Virus record (IMG/VR): IMGVR_UViG_3300015171_000003
Strand: one strand, 5' to 3'
Origin: a virus
Lineage: Duplodnaviria > Heunggongvirae > Uroviricota > Caudoviricetes
Length of the DNA stretch: 64,000 nt
Shown: positions 56,208 to 64,000 of the stretch, in pieces
Layout of the letters: the number at the start of each line of letters is the position of its first letter
Numbering within the stretch: the first letter of the stretch is position 1
The notes under the pieces: model-generated
Databases searched by the model: none
What the model was told of the DNA's origin: nothing
Seen by the model: the letters and a program-made list of their open reading frames with translations, nothing else
Made by a program: the position numbers and the translations under genes

Positions 56208-56402
56208 TTAAATAGTTTTTTCTACTTCTAGTATCGGGATAGTTTCCCATTCACTCCAACTTTGTTCGTCACCTTCTATATTATCAATAATATATTTGAT
56301 TTGTAGTTCCACATCTGATATAAAAATATCTTTTCCAAAAAACCAAGATTTGCCAATATTATATTTTGTCTTGAGCCATCGGAGTTTTAATTTAGGTTTC
56401 AT
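56208..56402 (-). CDS. hypothetical small protein inserted between the 33-nt direct repeats
   Basis: 64-aa ORF. Confidence 0.3.
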   Translation of the reverse strand: MKPKLKLRWLKTKYNIGKSWFFGKDIFISDVELQIKYIIDNIEGDEQSWSEWETIPILEVEKTI

Positions 56403-56404
56403 AT

Positions 56405-57382
56405 TTAATGTTTCTTTTCAAGAATACCATTCCCAATAAAATCTGTCAAGCTTAAATAACCAGAATAACTAACACCACTAGATATTCCTCCAACTAAATC
56501 ATCAACTAATTCTTTTAATGGTCTAATCTTATTCTTGTCCACCTCTATCACAGTACCTTCGCTATGACGTTTAGCAGTACCGTAGTGCAATTTTTGTTGA
56601 TGATTCGAGGCACCACCCCAATACTTAAAATTTTTATCTATAATTGATTGAGATTCTTCTGCATGAGAAAAATATCCACCAAGCATAACTTTTGTTGCTC
56701 CCACGGAAAATGCTTTTGTTGCACAGCCCGAATCTTTTATTCCTCCATCAGCAATAATATTAATTGGATAATTATGATCTTTACAAAAATCAGAACATTC
56801 TATTAATTCTGTTATCTGGCCTCTTGTGTAACCAGTCATGTCTTTTGTTGTGCAGACGACCCCATTTCCAATGCCAACACGTACAGACAATCTATTTAAA
56901 CAAGGAATATCATTTTTATAATTAACAAATATATCGGGTGTATGAACATTACCAATTATTAAATTTACATCCATCAATAAACATCTAGCAAAATCAATTA
57001 CATTTTGTTGATATCCATTCGCCACATCAATAATAAAATTTTTAACTCCTATGGCACTTAATGAATGATATCTATCCCAATCATTTAATCCAATACAATA
57101 CCATAATTTATCACAATCAAACTTTTTAACTAAATTAACTTGCTCTTCAATAGTACAAAATCTATGTAAACAAACATGTATACCAGTTTCTATTGCTGCT
57201 CTTATGAATGATTCACCAACTATAGCTGCCATTGGAGAAACAATTATTCGTTCTCTAATATCAGTTATATCTTTTCTTGATTTCAACTCAGTGTGTTGAG
57301 CAATCAAATTTACATCATCATAATATATGGATGTGGATTTTAATATCGTCGCCATATTTTTACCACACAACTTCAAAATCAA
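56405..57382 (-). CDS. guaC: GMP reductase / IMP dehydrogenase family (GuaC-like) TIM-barrel enzyme
   Basis: Catalytic-Cys loop VGIGNGVVCTTK (compare GIGPGSVCTTR) and IADGGIKDSGCATKAFSVGATKVMLGGYFSHAEES (compare IADGG...GDVAKAFGAGADFVMLGGM). Confidence 0.65.
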   Translation of the reverse strand: MILKLCGKNMATILKSTSIYYDDVNLIAQHTELKSRKDITDIRERIIVSPMAAIVGESFIRAAIETGIHVCLHRFCTIEEQVNLVKKFDCDKLWYCIGLNDWDRYHSLSAIGVKNFIIDVANGYQQNVIDFARCLLMDVNLIIGNVHTPDIFVNYKNDIPCLNRLSVRVGIGNGVVCTTKDMTGYTRGQITELIECSDFCKDHNYPINIIADGGIKDSGCATKAFSVGATKVMLGGYFSHAEESQSIIDKNFKYWGGASNHQQKLHYGTAKRHSEGTVIEVDKNKIRPLKELVDDLVGGISSGVSYSGYLSLTDFIGNGILEKKH

Positions 57383-57629
57383 ATGAACCCATTACACCCT
57401 CTTTAATTTTATATATTAATACGCCTGTAATTGTTGTCTTTTTATCATATTCCAATTTTTCAACAATAAATCCACATTCTTTTACTTTGTTTTTTATAAT
57501 TTCAAATGCCTCTGGAATTGGCTCGAATCTAACACTTTCAATAATTGTTTTTAATTTTTTCTGTGCTTTAGTTTTTGTTGTATTTGATAATAAATCCACC
57601 AATTCTTTTTCTACAGTTTTTGTTTTCAT
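57360..57629 (-). CDS. hypothetical protein
   Basis: 89-aa ORF. Confidence 0.35.
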   Translation of the reverse strand: MKTKTVEKELVDLLSNTTKTKAQKKLKTIIESVRFEPIPEAFEIIKNKVKECGFIVEKLEYDKKTTITGVLIYKIKEGVMGSFDFEVVW

Positions 57630-57631
57630 AA

Positions 57632-58474
57632 TTAATATTCCTTTGGTAAGCCACTACTTGACTGCATTACTACCCCAAGATAATTGTCTGCAATTTGATT
57701 TAATGTTATTCCTTTTTGTTTATATTCAACGTACTGTTGTAAGTAATGGAATACTTTAAATAAAGGTTCTCTTGGATAGAGTGGATGTATTCCGCTAGCC
57801 AAAAAAGCTTCTCCATACCAAGTAAATTCACTAGCATGTTTATAAAATAAATTATATACACTAATATTAGCATCTTTACAGTATTCATTTAGAAGAAATT
57901 TCCACACTTTAGTTGAACAAATAATTGGTATTGGACCAAAATCATAAGATAAAGATTTATTATCAAATATATTTTTGATTGGTTGTCTTGACTCCTCAAA
58001 TGACTTTTTAGCATTAAATGAAAATAAATTTTTGTTAATAGAAAACCACGAAAACAAATCTTTCTGTTCGTGGCAAATTGTATATGGATGTTCTATTTTA
58101 TTACCATCCATTATAAAGAAATCTTTTAGATAAAAATCTCTAATAAAAATAGAATCTGAATCAATCATTATAAAATATTCTAAGTCTTTTAATACTAAAT
58201 GAGGAAAAGATTTAAATAATTGTTGATTAATCCAACCATTGCTATATCCACTTGGAATATTTAATTCATTTGAAATAGCTTCATCCGAAAGAAATTCATA
58301 AGTTTTTAACCCGACTTGACTCTGTAACTCATAAAATCTATCTAATTTATCAATAGCATAAAATGGAATATTGTCTTTATTATATTTTTGGATAGATTCG
58401 TATAAAACCTTAAATCTATCTTGGTCCTTATGATAAGTCTTGCAGATAATTGCTACATTCTTCATTAAGTACAA
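57632..58474 (-). CDS. glycosyltransferase-like protein
   Basis: N-terminal VAIICKTYHKDQDRF and IMIDSDSIF (DxD-like) suggest a GT-A fold. Confidence 0.4.
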   Translation of the reverse strand: MYLMKNVAIICKTYHKDQDRFKVLYESIQKYNKDNIPFYAIDKLDRFYELQSQVGLKTYEFLSDEAISNELNIPSGYSNGWINQQLFKSFPHLVLKDLEYFIMIDSDSIFIRDFYLKDFFIMDGNKIEHPYTICHEQKDLFSWFSINKNLFSFNAKKSFEESRQPIKNIFDNKSLSYDFGPIPIICSTKVWKFLLNEYCKDANISVYNLFYKHASEFTWYGEAFLASGIHPLYPREPLFKVFHYLQQYVEYKQKGITLNQIADNYLGVVMQSSSGLPKEY

Positions 58475-58515
58475 ATATTTTATTCTATAAAATTATTTAT
58501 GGCAATATATTTTAA

Positions 58516-59085
58516 TTAAGGAAGTATATCACTTGATGGCCAATCTTTAATTATTCCCAATTCTTTTCTAATAATATTTTTGTGTGGAGTATAACATTGT
58601 TCGTGTGGTGTAAAAACAATTTTTGAATTGGTTGGTATTTTAAAAAAAGGAATGACTTTTGTTCTAATAAAAGATTCAGGAACTTCGTTTCCATTAAGAA
58701 TATCAAAATCATTTTTATCTCCCTCAATTCTTCCTCTAGGAAAAGCAAGGAAACAATTTTTTAATTTATTTATAAGTTCCTCTTTTTCTTTTAACGACAT
58801 CCCAAATTTATAATAATTAACTACTGCTGGTAATACTGTTTTTTCCCAAAATTTTCCATGTAATCCCTGATCATCTAATAAATCGGAATTTCTATTTCCA
58901 TAAAATCCCCAAGTTCCTCCCAAAAAAGGAGCATAATATAATCCAGCAGAAGCATTTCCCAATTGTGTAGTATCTTCAGAAAGAATTCCTTCATTCTCTA
59001 ATTGTTTTCTATAAAGAATTGATTTCATTAATCCTGGATAAATTTTCTTCACTATTTCTCCCATTTTTATTTTTGTTTCTTCCAT
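58516..59085 (-). CDS. hypothetical protein
   Basis: 189-aa ORF. Confidence 0.4.
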   Translation of the reverse strand: MEETKIKMGEIVKKIYPGLMKSILYRKQLENEGILSEDTTQLGNASAGLYYAPFLGGTWGFYGNRNSDLLDDQGLHGKFWEKTVLPAVVNYYKFGMSLKEKEELINKLKNCFLAFPRGRIEGDKNDFDILNGNEVPESFIRTKVIPFFKIPTNSKIVFTPHEQCYTPHKNIIRKELGIIKDWPSSDILP

Positions 59086-59089
59086 AATA

Positions 59090-59887
59090 TTAAACTTGAT
59101 AACTTATATTTTTAGAAAATTCTCTCTCTCCCAAATAAAAATTTGATTCTATAGGAGATACTTCTAAAATTCTGGGAACATCTAATGAATTTGCTATTGC
59201 AAAAGGAGAAGATTGATTACCAATGAACTTCTTACATGAACTAATTAATGTAAAATTCTCAAATAATGTTAAATTTCCCCAGCGAATTACTTTATCTTTA
59301 TAAGGAAACATATCATATTCATCATCACTACCCATCAAAATAAAATTTTTTTCTTCTCTAAATAATTTATCCCAATTAAATAGTGGATCATATCTAACAG
59401 ATTTATTACTCCTATGAATTACTACATAATCTTTTAAAGTAATATTTTTATATTCAAAATTAATCCACGCATAATCATTTGGAACATCTAATTCAAATGT
59501 ATCACACATTATTTTAGTCCAGGTTGTTTTATACAAATTTGGATGTTGTCTAAAAACATTTAAATTTACTAAATCTTTAGATTCCCTCTGACCTTTGTAA
59601 ATATTAAAACTGTGTATATAATCTTGTTTAGTAATTATAGAACACAATTCTTCATATGTATTTTTCAACCCATTTCTGAAAATATCTCCACCAAATGAAT
59701 GATCATCTGTGATATAAAGTTCGGCTTTTGTTCCTAATTTCTTACAAATATGCTTTACAGCAAATAATGAATGAATAAAATCTCCTAAATATCCCCCAGA
59801 GATAAATGGAGTAATTGGGCTAAGATTGTTTTCCATAAACTTTTGTAGAACCTTGGCCATAAAGTTTGACTGGTTCTCTACTAACAA
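59090..59887 (-). CDS. GT9-like (heptosyltransferase-like) glycosyltransferase candidate
   Basis: ISGGYLGDFIHSLFAVKHICKKLG resembles the GT9 N-terminal GDvl...p motif. Confidence 0.35.
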   Translation of the reverse strand: MLVENQSNFMAKVLQKFMENNLSPITPFISGGYLGDFIHSLFAVKHICKKLGTKAELYITDDHSFGGDIFRNGLKNTYEELCSIITKQDYIHSFNIYKGQRESKDLVNLNVFRQHPNLYKTTWTKIMCDTFELDVPNDYAWINFEYKNITLKDYVVIHRSNKSVRYDPLFNWDKLFREEKNFILMGSDDEYDMFPYKDKVIRWGNLTLFENFTLISSCKKFIGNQSSPFAIANSLDVPRILEVSPIESNFYLGEREFSKNISYQV

Positions 59888-60074
59888 TCATTTTATTAAT
59901 AGTTTCATCAATCTCTTGAATTAAATCATTTCTAAGTTGATTAAGAGTATTTGTTTTTCTTGTTGCATTTGCTACTAACTTATCATCAGAAGAATCTCTT
60001 TTAAGATCTTCTAAATGCCAAATTTTTAAATTTGTTACTGTCAACTTATCTATTAAATTTCCTACTGTTTCCAT
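59820..60074 (-). CDS. hypothetical protein
   Basis: 84-aa ORF. Confidence 0.3.
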   Translation of the reverse strand: METVGNLIDKLTVTNLKIWHLEDLKRDSSDDKLVANATRKTNTLNQLRNDLIQEIDETINKMIVSREPVKLYGQGSTKVYGKQS

Positions 60075-60078
60075 ATTT

Positions 60079-60948
60079 TTATTTTACTATAATCCGCTCT
60101 GGTACACATAATTGATACATCGCCATGGCTTTTACTTCTAGGAATGTTTGTTCTTGTATTCTTATATAATTAGAATTATCTTTATATTGTGTGTCCAATT
60201 TAAAATCTATTCCAGTCTCTTTATAAGCTTCTTTATATTCTGGATGGAGTCTTAACCACCCATGATGATAAAATTGCAACGGAATCCTACCTGTAATCTT
60301 TCCTTGGCCGTGTATCCAATCATTATAACCATGCATTCCAGGTCCAAGACCACCAGCATCTAAAAATTTAAGTAATTCGGAAGATCTAACTGTATAATAC
60401 CATCCATCTGTTGGCATTTGATAAAATCCTTTAATATTAGATTCAGGAACATCGGTTGTGTGAATAAATCCATTCGAATATGGAAGCATTGGTTCAAAAT
60501 CTACTGATACGGCACCCACTTGTGAATTATGTTCTAATATATCGGTTAAATCATTCAACCAAAGAGTTTTATTTATTTTCAAACTCATATCAAAATCTGT
60601 CAGGGAAACATATTCATAATCAGAAATGAGTTTCTTTATACTATAATGTGAAAGAAGTCTCCAAATATTAGAAAAATAATTTTCATCACAATCATAAAAT
60701 CTCAATATTCTTTTATCTTTCAATAATTGAGAACAATATCTTAATATACTATCATATCTCGATGATTTATTTTCTAAAACAATAATATCCGAAATTTCTT
60801 GTTGATGCCACAAACTATGTAATGTTGGAATCAAAAACTCAACAAACTTCCATGTTCTGCCAACGACTAATACTTTTTTCTTACTCATATGGAATTTCTT
60901 TTGTATAAAAATCGTTGACTCCATAGCGCAATACTCTAAAATATCCAA
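60079..60948 (-). CDS. hypothetical protein, possible glycosyltransferase
   Basis: 289-aa ORF inside the glycan island; no firm motif. Confidence 0.35.
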   Translation of the reverse strand: MDILEYCAMESTIFIQKKFHMSKKKVLVVGRTWKFVEFLIPTLHSLWHQQEISDIIVLENKSSRYDSILRYCSQLLKDKRILRFYDCDENYFSNIWRLLSHYSIKKLISDYEYVSLTDFDMSLKINKTLWLNDLTDILEHNSQVGAVSVDFEPMLPYSNGFIHTTDVPESNIKGFYQMPTDGWYYTVRSSELLKFLDAGGLGPGMHGYNDWIHGQGKITGRIPLQFYHHGWLRLHPEYKEAYKETGIDFKLDTQYKDNSNYIRIQEQTFLEVKAMAMYQLCVPERIIVK

Positions 60949-61519
60949 TATTAACTAAATAATCTACGACTTCTGGTTCATCAAAATTATTTTCAATTAC
61001 TAGAAGCTTCGGGGAATATTTATTAATATCAAATCCTTTTAATACATCCAATTCAGTTCCTTCTGTGTCAATAGAAACAATATCTAATTCTACTTCGAAA
61101 TTATTTTCTTTAATAATCAAATCCAATGTCTTACATGGAACTTTGACTGTATGAAATTTTGGATTATATTGTTTGTGAGATTCAACTAATCTTTGGTCAA
61201 CATTTAAACCACTAATTGCTGTTTGATTCCCATCATGTAATGTACATACTTGAAATTCTAAATCTACCCCAGATATATTTGACACAGCATTCCAAACAGT
61301 ATTCTTTCTAACTAATTTACATTTTTCGTAATTTTCTGGATTAGCTTCAATACACAAACAATTCCAACCTAATTCTTCAAAATGTTTTGTGTTAGAACCC
61401 ATAATTCCGTCTGCAGCACCAACTTCAATACAATTTCCGATATAACCTTCTTCGAAAAACTTTTCTATAAATCTATCAGTTTCCCCTTGGCCATGTTCTG
61501 CACCATAATATCTACTCAT
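60881..61519 (-). CDS. FkbM-family SAM-dependent methyltransferase
   Basis: CIEVGAADGIMGSNTKHF...CLCIEANPENY. Confidence 0.6.
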   Translation of the reverse strand: MSRYYGAEHGQGETDRFIEKFFEEGYIGNCIEVGAADGIMGSNTKHFEELGWNCLCIEANPENYEKCKLVRKNTVWNAVSNISGVDLEFQVCTLHDGNQTAISGLNVDQRLVESHKQYNPKFHTVKVPCKTLDLIIKENNFEVELDIVSIDTEGTELDVLKGFDINKYSPKLLVIENNFDEPEVVDYLVNIGYFRVLRYGVNDFYTKEIPYE

Positions 61520-61558
61520 ATATAAAATTCTTTCTTCATAAGATCATCATAAACTATC

Positions 61559-62131
61559 TCATTTAAACACAATCATTCCTGTACCAGTCCAATGTCCAAT
61601 AGCAGTTAAATCATACTTTTCAATTTCAAGAGAATTAAAGAAGTAAGTTATATTTGCATTTAAATGTATATCATCAAACAAAACATATCCCTTATATCCA
61701 ATCTCAACCAAAAAATTATAAAGGTCATATTCATAACTTCCATCATGAACAGTATCTACATATAAAAATGGAGAACTTAAAATAAGATCCTTATTATTAA
61801 TTGGATCATCTTTAATAAAATTAACATTGTCCTTTTTTAATGTAATCTGTTCCACTATATCAAATGTATTAATTTTATTGTTAGCATTAAAAGATAAAGC
61901 TAATGCACTATCTCCATAGGCTGTCCCAATATCTGTTAAAATAGATCCTTCAAATTTAGTTGAAAAATAGGCAAGTAATCTATAAATTTCTCTTCCAGGT
62001 TCTCCAAAAAAGAAAGGTTGCATTTGTGGAGAGACTTTGTCAGTTAAACTAGAAATATCTAATTTGGCAACCTCATCAAAATTAAAATCTATATCATTAA
62101 TTATCATATTATTAAAAAGAAACTGATTCAA
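61559..62131 (-). CDS. class-I SAM-dependent methyltransferase-like protein
   Basis: Motif I-like TDIGTAYGDSALAL. Confidence 0.4.
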   Translation of the reverse strand: MNQFLFNNMIINDIDFNFDEVAKLDISSLTDKVSPQMQPFFFGEPGREIYRLLAYFSTKFEGSILTDIGTAYGDSALALSFNANNKINTFDIVEQITLKKDNVNFIKDDPINNKDLILSSPFLYVDTVHDGSYEYDLYNFLVEIGYKGYVLFDDIHLNANITYFFNSLEIEKYDLTAIGHWTGTGMIVFK

Positions 62132-62591
62132 ATTTTAATGAAATGCCGAAGTCTGAATTACCAACAAAATCTTTTTTGGCATATCCAGAAGATACATAAT
62201 TTATAATTTCACAATTTTTATAATTGTGTGTTTCGATGAGTTTTGAATTTTCATCACAAATATTAACTATAATATCTCTTTTACTGGAATGTATCTTTTT
62301 AAAATTTACCAATTTATCTAATACATTAAAATCTACTCTTTCTTCTACTGTTAGAATAAATGTATTAAGATTTGGTGTGTATTTTGTTATTAATTCTGAT
62401 GGAATATAATCATCTATAAATTTAACTTGAAAATTTCCATTATATCTTTTTTTAGATACCTCCGATTTTTCTTCTTTTTGAATATTCTCTGTTTTGTTAA
62501 ATAAATCTAATTTTTCTTCTTTTTGGACACTCTCTGGTTTGTTAACCGAACTCTCTATTTTATTAATCGCACTCACTGTTTTAGTACTCAT
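62112..62591 (-). CDS. hypothetical protein
   Basis: 159-aa ORF. Confidence 0.35.
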   Translation of the reverse strand: MSTKTVSAINKIESSVNKPESVQKEEKLDLFNKTENIQKEEKSEVSKKRYNGNFQVKFIDDYIPSELITKYTPNLNTFILTVEERVDFNVLDKLVNFKKIHSSKRDIIVNICDENSKLIETHNYKNCEIINYVSSGYAKKDFVGNSDFGISLKFESVSF

Positions 62592-63364
62592 TGTCTTATA
62601 TTTTCTTTATGTGTAAACATTTCATTATAAAATGTATTTTGTTTTACTTGTCTTTCAATTGTTTTTGGATGATATAATGCATAATCAAATTCTTTTGGTA
62701 ATAAAGAATATTCCTTATACCCCACAATATTTTCATGTAACTTTCTATCCCATTTAATTTTCGGAGAATTTCTATACAATCTTCCTTGATAATCTCCGGT
62801 CCCCCAATTTATTAATGGCAAATTATGTTGTATCCATTCCTTATTATCTTTGACAATAAAATCATGTTTCTTTAAAAATGTTAATTGTTCAAAATTTAAT
62901 TCGGAAATCTTACTATCTACTAAAAATGAAGATTTTGAAATTTCCCACCCCCATTTTAATATTTCCTTTTCAGAAAGTCCATATATAATATTTATTCGTG
63001 GAAAACAAAACAAATCGATTGATGGATTAGTGTCGATAATATCAATTATGTTATCTAACAAAAATTCAGAAGGGTACTCGTCTGCATCAATTTGCCATAT
63101 ATATTCCGATTTACATTGTTCATTTCCAAATTGTTTGTGACCACCAAAATCATTATCTAATTTGTGTTTAACTATCACATACTTTGAATTGTTATCATAC
63201 TTTTTTAACAAATCCAATGTATGAATATTAGTTGAATAATCATCTAACAACACTACTTGGATGTCATTTTTCTCAACAAAATCTTTGGTGGCTGTTAATA
63301 AATGATCTAATTCAACATCTTCGTTGTGAACAGTAATTAATAATGATAATTTCATTTTTAACAA
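62588..63364 (-). CDS. family-2 glycosyltransferase
   Basis: LSLLITVHNEDVELDHLL...VVLLDDYSTN and a DxD motif in QIDADEY. Confidence 0.6.
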   Translation of the reverse strand: MLKMKLSLLITVHNEDVELDHLLTATKDFVEKNDIQVVLLDDYSTNIHTLDLLKKYDNNSKYVIVKHKLDNDFGGHKQFGNEQCKSEYIWQIDADEYPSEFLLDNIIDIIDTNPSIDLFCFPRINIIYGLSEKEILKWGWEISKSSFLVDSKISELNFEQLTFLKKHDFIVKDNKEWIQHNLPLINWGTGDYQGRLYRNSPKIKWDRKLHENIVGYKEYSLLPKEFDYALYHPKTIERQVKQNTFYNEMFTHKENIRQ

Positions 63365-63654
63365 TAAACAGAATCAATAATTTCTTCTATTTCTTTTTTA
63401 GACTTCTTAAAAATAAGATCGGAATGAGTATAAACTTCAGTAACTCCTTCTTTTACAATTTCTACAATAAAATATATTTTCTCCCAAGTATTATGTGGAG
63501 CTTCGTGAATTTGTCTAAATAAATTTTCATGATGATCTTTTCTTAGTTTATATTCACCAGATTTCTTTTCATAATGTTTAACTAATTCATCCAACGTACC
63601 TTCATTAGCATTATGATGCTCAACTTTTATTGTCTTGTCTTCGTATACATTCAT
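63358..63654 (-). CDS. hypothetical protein
   Basis: 98-aa ORF. Confidence 0.35.
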   Translation of the reverse strand: MNVYEDKTIKVEHHNANEGTLDELVKHYEKKSGEYKLRKDHHENLFRQIHEAPHNTWEKIYFIVEIVKEGVTEVYTHSDLIFKKSKKEIEEIIDSVYC

Positions 63655-63655
63655 A

Positions 63656-64000
63656 TTATATTACCTTCTTTTTAAATTTAGGAAGAATTACTTCAACCTT
63701 TTTAGCAAATTGAGGAATATATCTATCCAATACATTATGAAATAATACATCCATTGCTTCAAATGAAAACTTGTTTTTATTTTCCGATCTAGCACGTTCA
63801 CCAATTTGTTTATACTTCTTGTAATTGTTAAAAACATCCTCCATTACCTTAGATGCCACAGAATAATTTACTGTTGCCCATTGAGAACCTTCTAAAAGCC
63901 ATTCATTAGAAGCTGATTTAGTAATCTTTTCTAATTTTACTGGAAGTAATACGGAATTATCCTTGTGTAAAAAATCTAGTTGCCCACTCCAACCAGTTGC
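63656..64000 (-). CDS. hypothetical protein, 3' part only; the frame stays open to the right window edge
   Basis: The track ORF 63656..63859 starts at GTG, and the same frame continues stop-free upstream to position 64000 (...EGSQWATVNYSVASKVMEDV...). Confidence 0.35.
   Translation of the reverse strand, partial: ATGWSGQLDFLHKDNSVLLPVKLEKITKSASNEWLLEGSQWATVNYSVASKVMEDVFNNYKKYKQIGERARSENKNKFSFEAMDVLFHNVLDRYIPQFAKKVEVILPKFKKKVI

Noticed and set aside
8612-62409. Many ORFs of 60-115 aa lying antisense to, or inside, longer coding frames (for example 8612..8836, 12496..12711, 13558..13740, 18643..18864, 21220..21429, 24108..24323, 29697..29900, 30837..31025, 36411..36620, 38073..38336, 41351..41695, 47288..47491, 57277..57759, 62850..63140)
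   Set aside because: Each is fully contained in a longer ORF on the opposite strand or in another frame that carries recognisable domains. Their sequences are typical AT-rich antisense translations (F/I/L/N/K-rich, no motifs).
1-64000. Attribution to Mimiviridae or another giant virus (AT-rich, PARP, Thg1, NAMPT, glycosyltransferase cluster)
   Set aside because: The Mimiviridae early-promoter octamer AAAATTGA (TCAATTTT upstream of minus-strand genes) was found only about twice in suitable positions (near 3934 and 42372). The window also has a holin/spanin-like lysis cassette, lipobox signal peptides, GH108 and GH24 muramidases and hairpin + T-run terminators. A jumbo phage is therefore more likely, but neither option is proven.
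1-64000. Global stop-codon reassignment (for example TAG or TAA to Gln) suggested by the two in-frame stops
   Set aside because: TAA and TAG both terminate many well-delimited genes here (for example SPFH ends TAA and tnpB ends TAG). TGA is also used (5031..5261). Only two genes show in-frame stops, so a genome-wide recoding is not supported from this window; a local or late-gene-specific recoding cannot be excluded.
1-64000. CRISPR array or other regularly spaced repeats
   Set aside because: No run of 3 or more identical 24-40-nt repeats with unique spacers was seen. The only tandem repeat is a 5-nt microsatellite (ATCTA)x4 at 19481-19501.

Overview
This is a gene-dense region of about 27% GC with 4-nt overlapping gene junctions. 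Most genes lie on the minus strand, with a plus-strand block at about 8.0-12.2 kb. The content fits an accessory region of a large dsDNA virus, most likely a jumbo bacteriophage of a Gram-negative, AT-rich host. The phage reading rests on a GH108 muramidase, a 2-TM holin-like protein and a lipobox + coiled-coil + C-terminal-TM spanin-like lipoprotein in lysis-cassette order; a T4-like GH24 lysozyme; lipobox signal peptides; hairpin + T-run intrinsic terminators; a free-standing HNH endonuclease; an orphan beta-class DNA methyltransferase; dCMP deaminase; MazG and Nudix hydrolases; and an IS200/IS605 element. The Mimiviridae early-promoter octamer AAAATTGA is essentially absent and no Shine-Dalgarno signal is evident. 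No rRNA, tRNA or CRISPR array could be supported. Recognisable modules are: (1) a complete IS200/IS605-family element at about 22.56-24.48 kb, with a Y1/HuH TnpA, an intact RuvC + Zn-finger TnpB, and matching left-end and right-end hairpins; (2) an NAD+/ADP-ribose toolkit comprising NAMPT, NMNAT-Nudix, a PRPP-synthetase-like protein, a histidine phosphatase, HAD phosphatases, a Nudix hydrolase, a WGR-PARP-like protein, a NADAR domain protein and a 2H phosphoesterase, which resembles phage NAD+-reconstitution counter-defence; (3) a Thg1-like tRNA-His guanylyltransferase; and (4) an island of about 17 kb (46.8-63.4 kb) with at least 7 glycosyltransferases, FkbM/SAM methyltransferases, a LicD-like transferase, GNAT and ATP-grasp enzymes and a GMP-reductase-like gene. 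Two enzyme genes are interrupted by single in-frame stop codons: TAG in a nucleoside 2-deoxyribosyltransferase-like gene and TAA in an ATP-grasp gene. Two small genes are flanked by direct repeats that copy a neighbouring gene's 3' end. Several tandem paralog pairs and compositional GC islands are also noted. All domain calls are by eye from motifs; none were confirmed by a database search.
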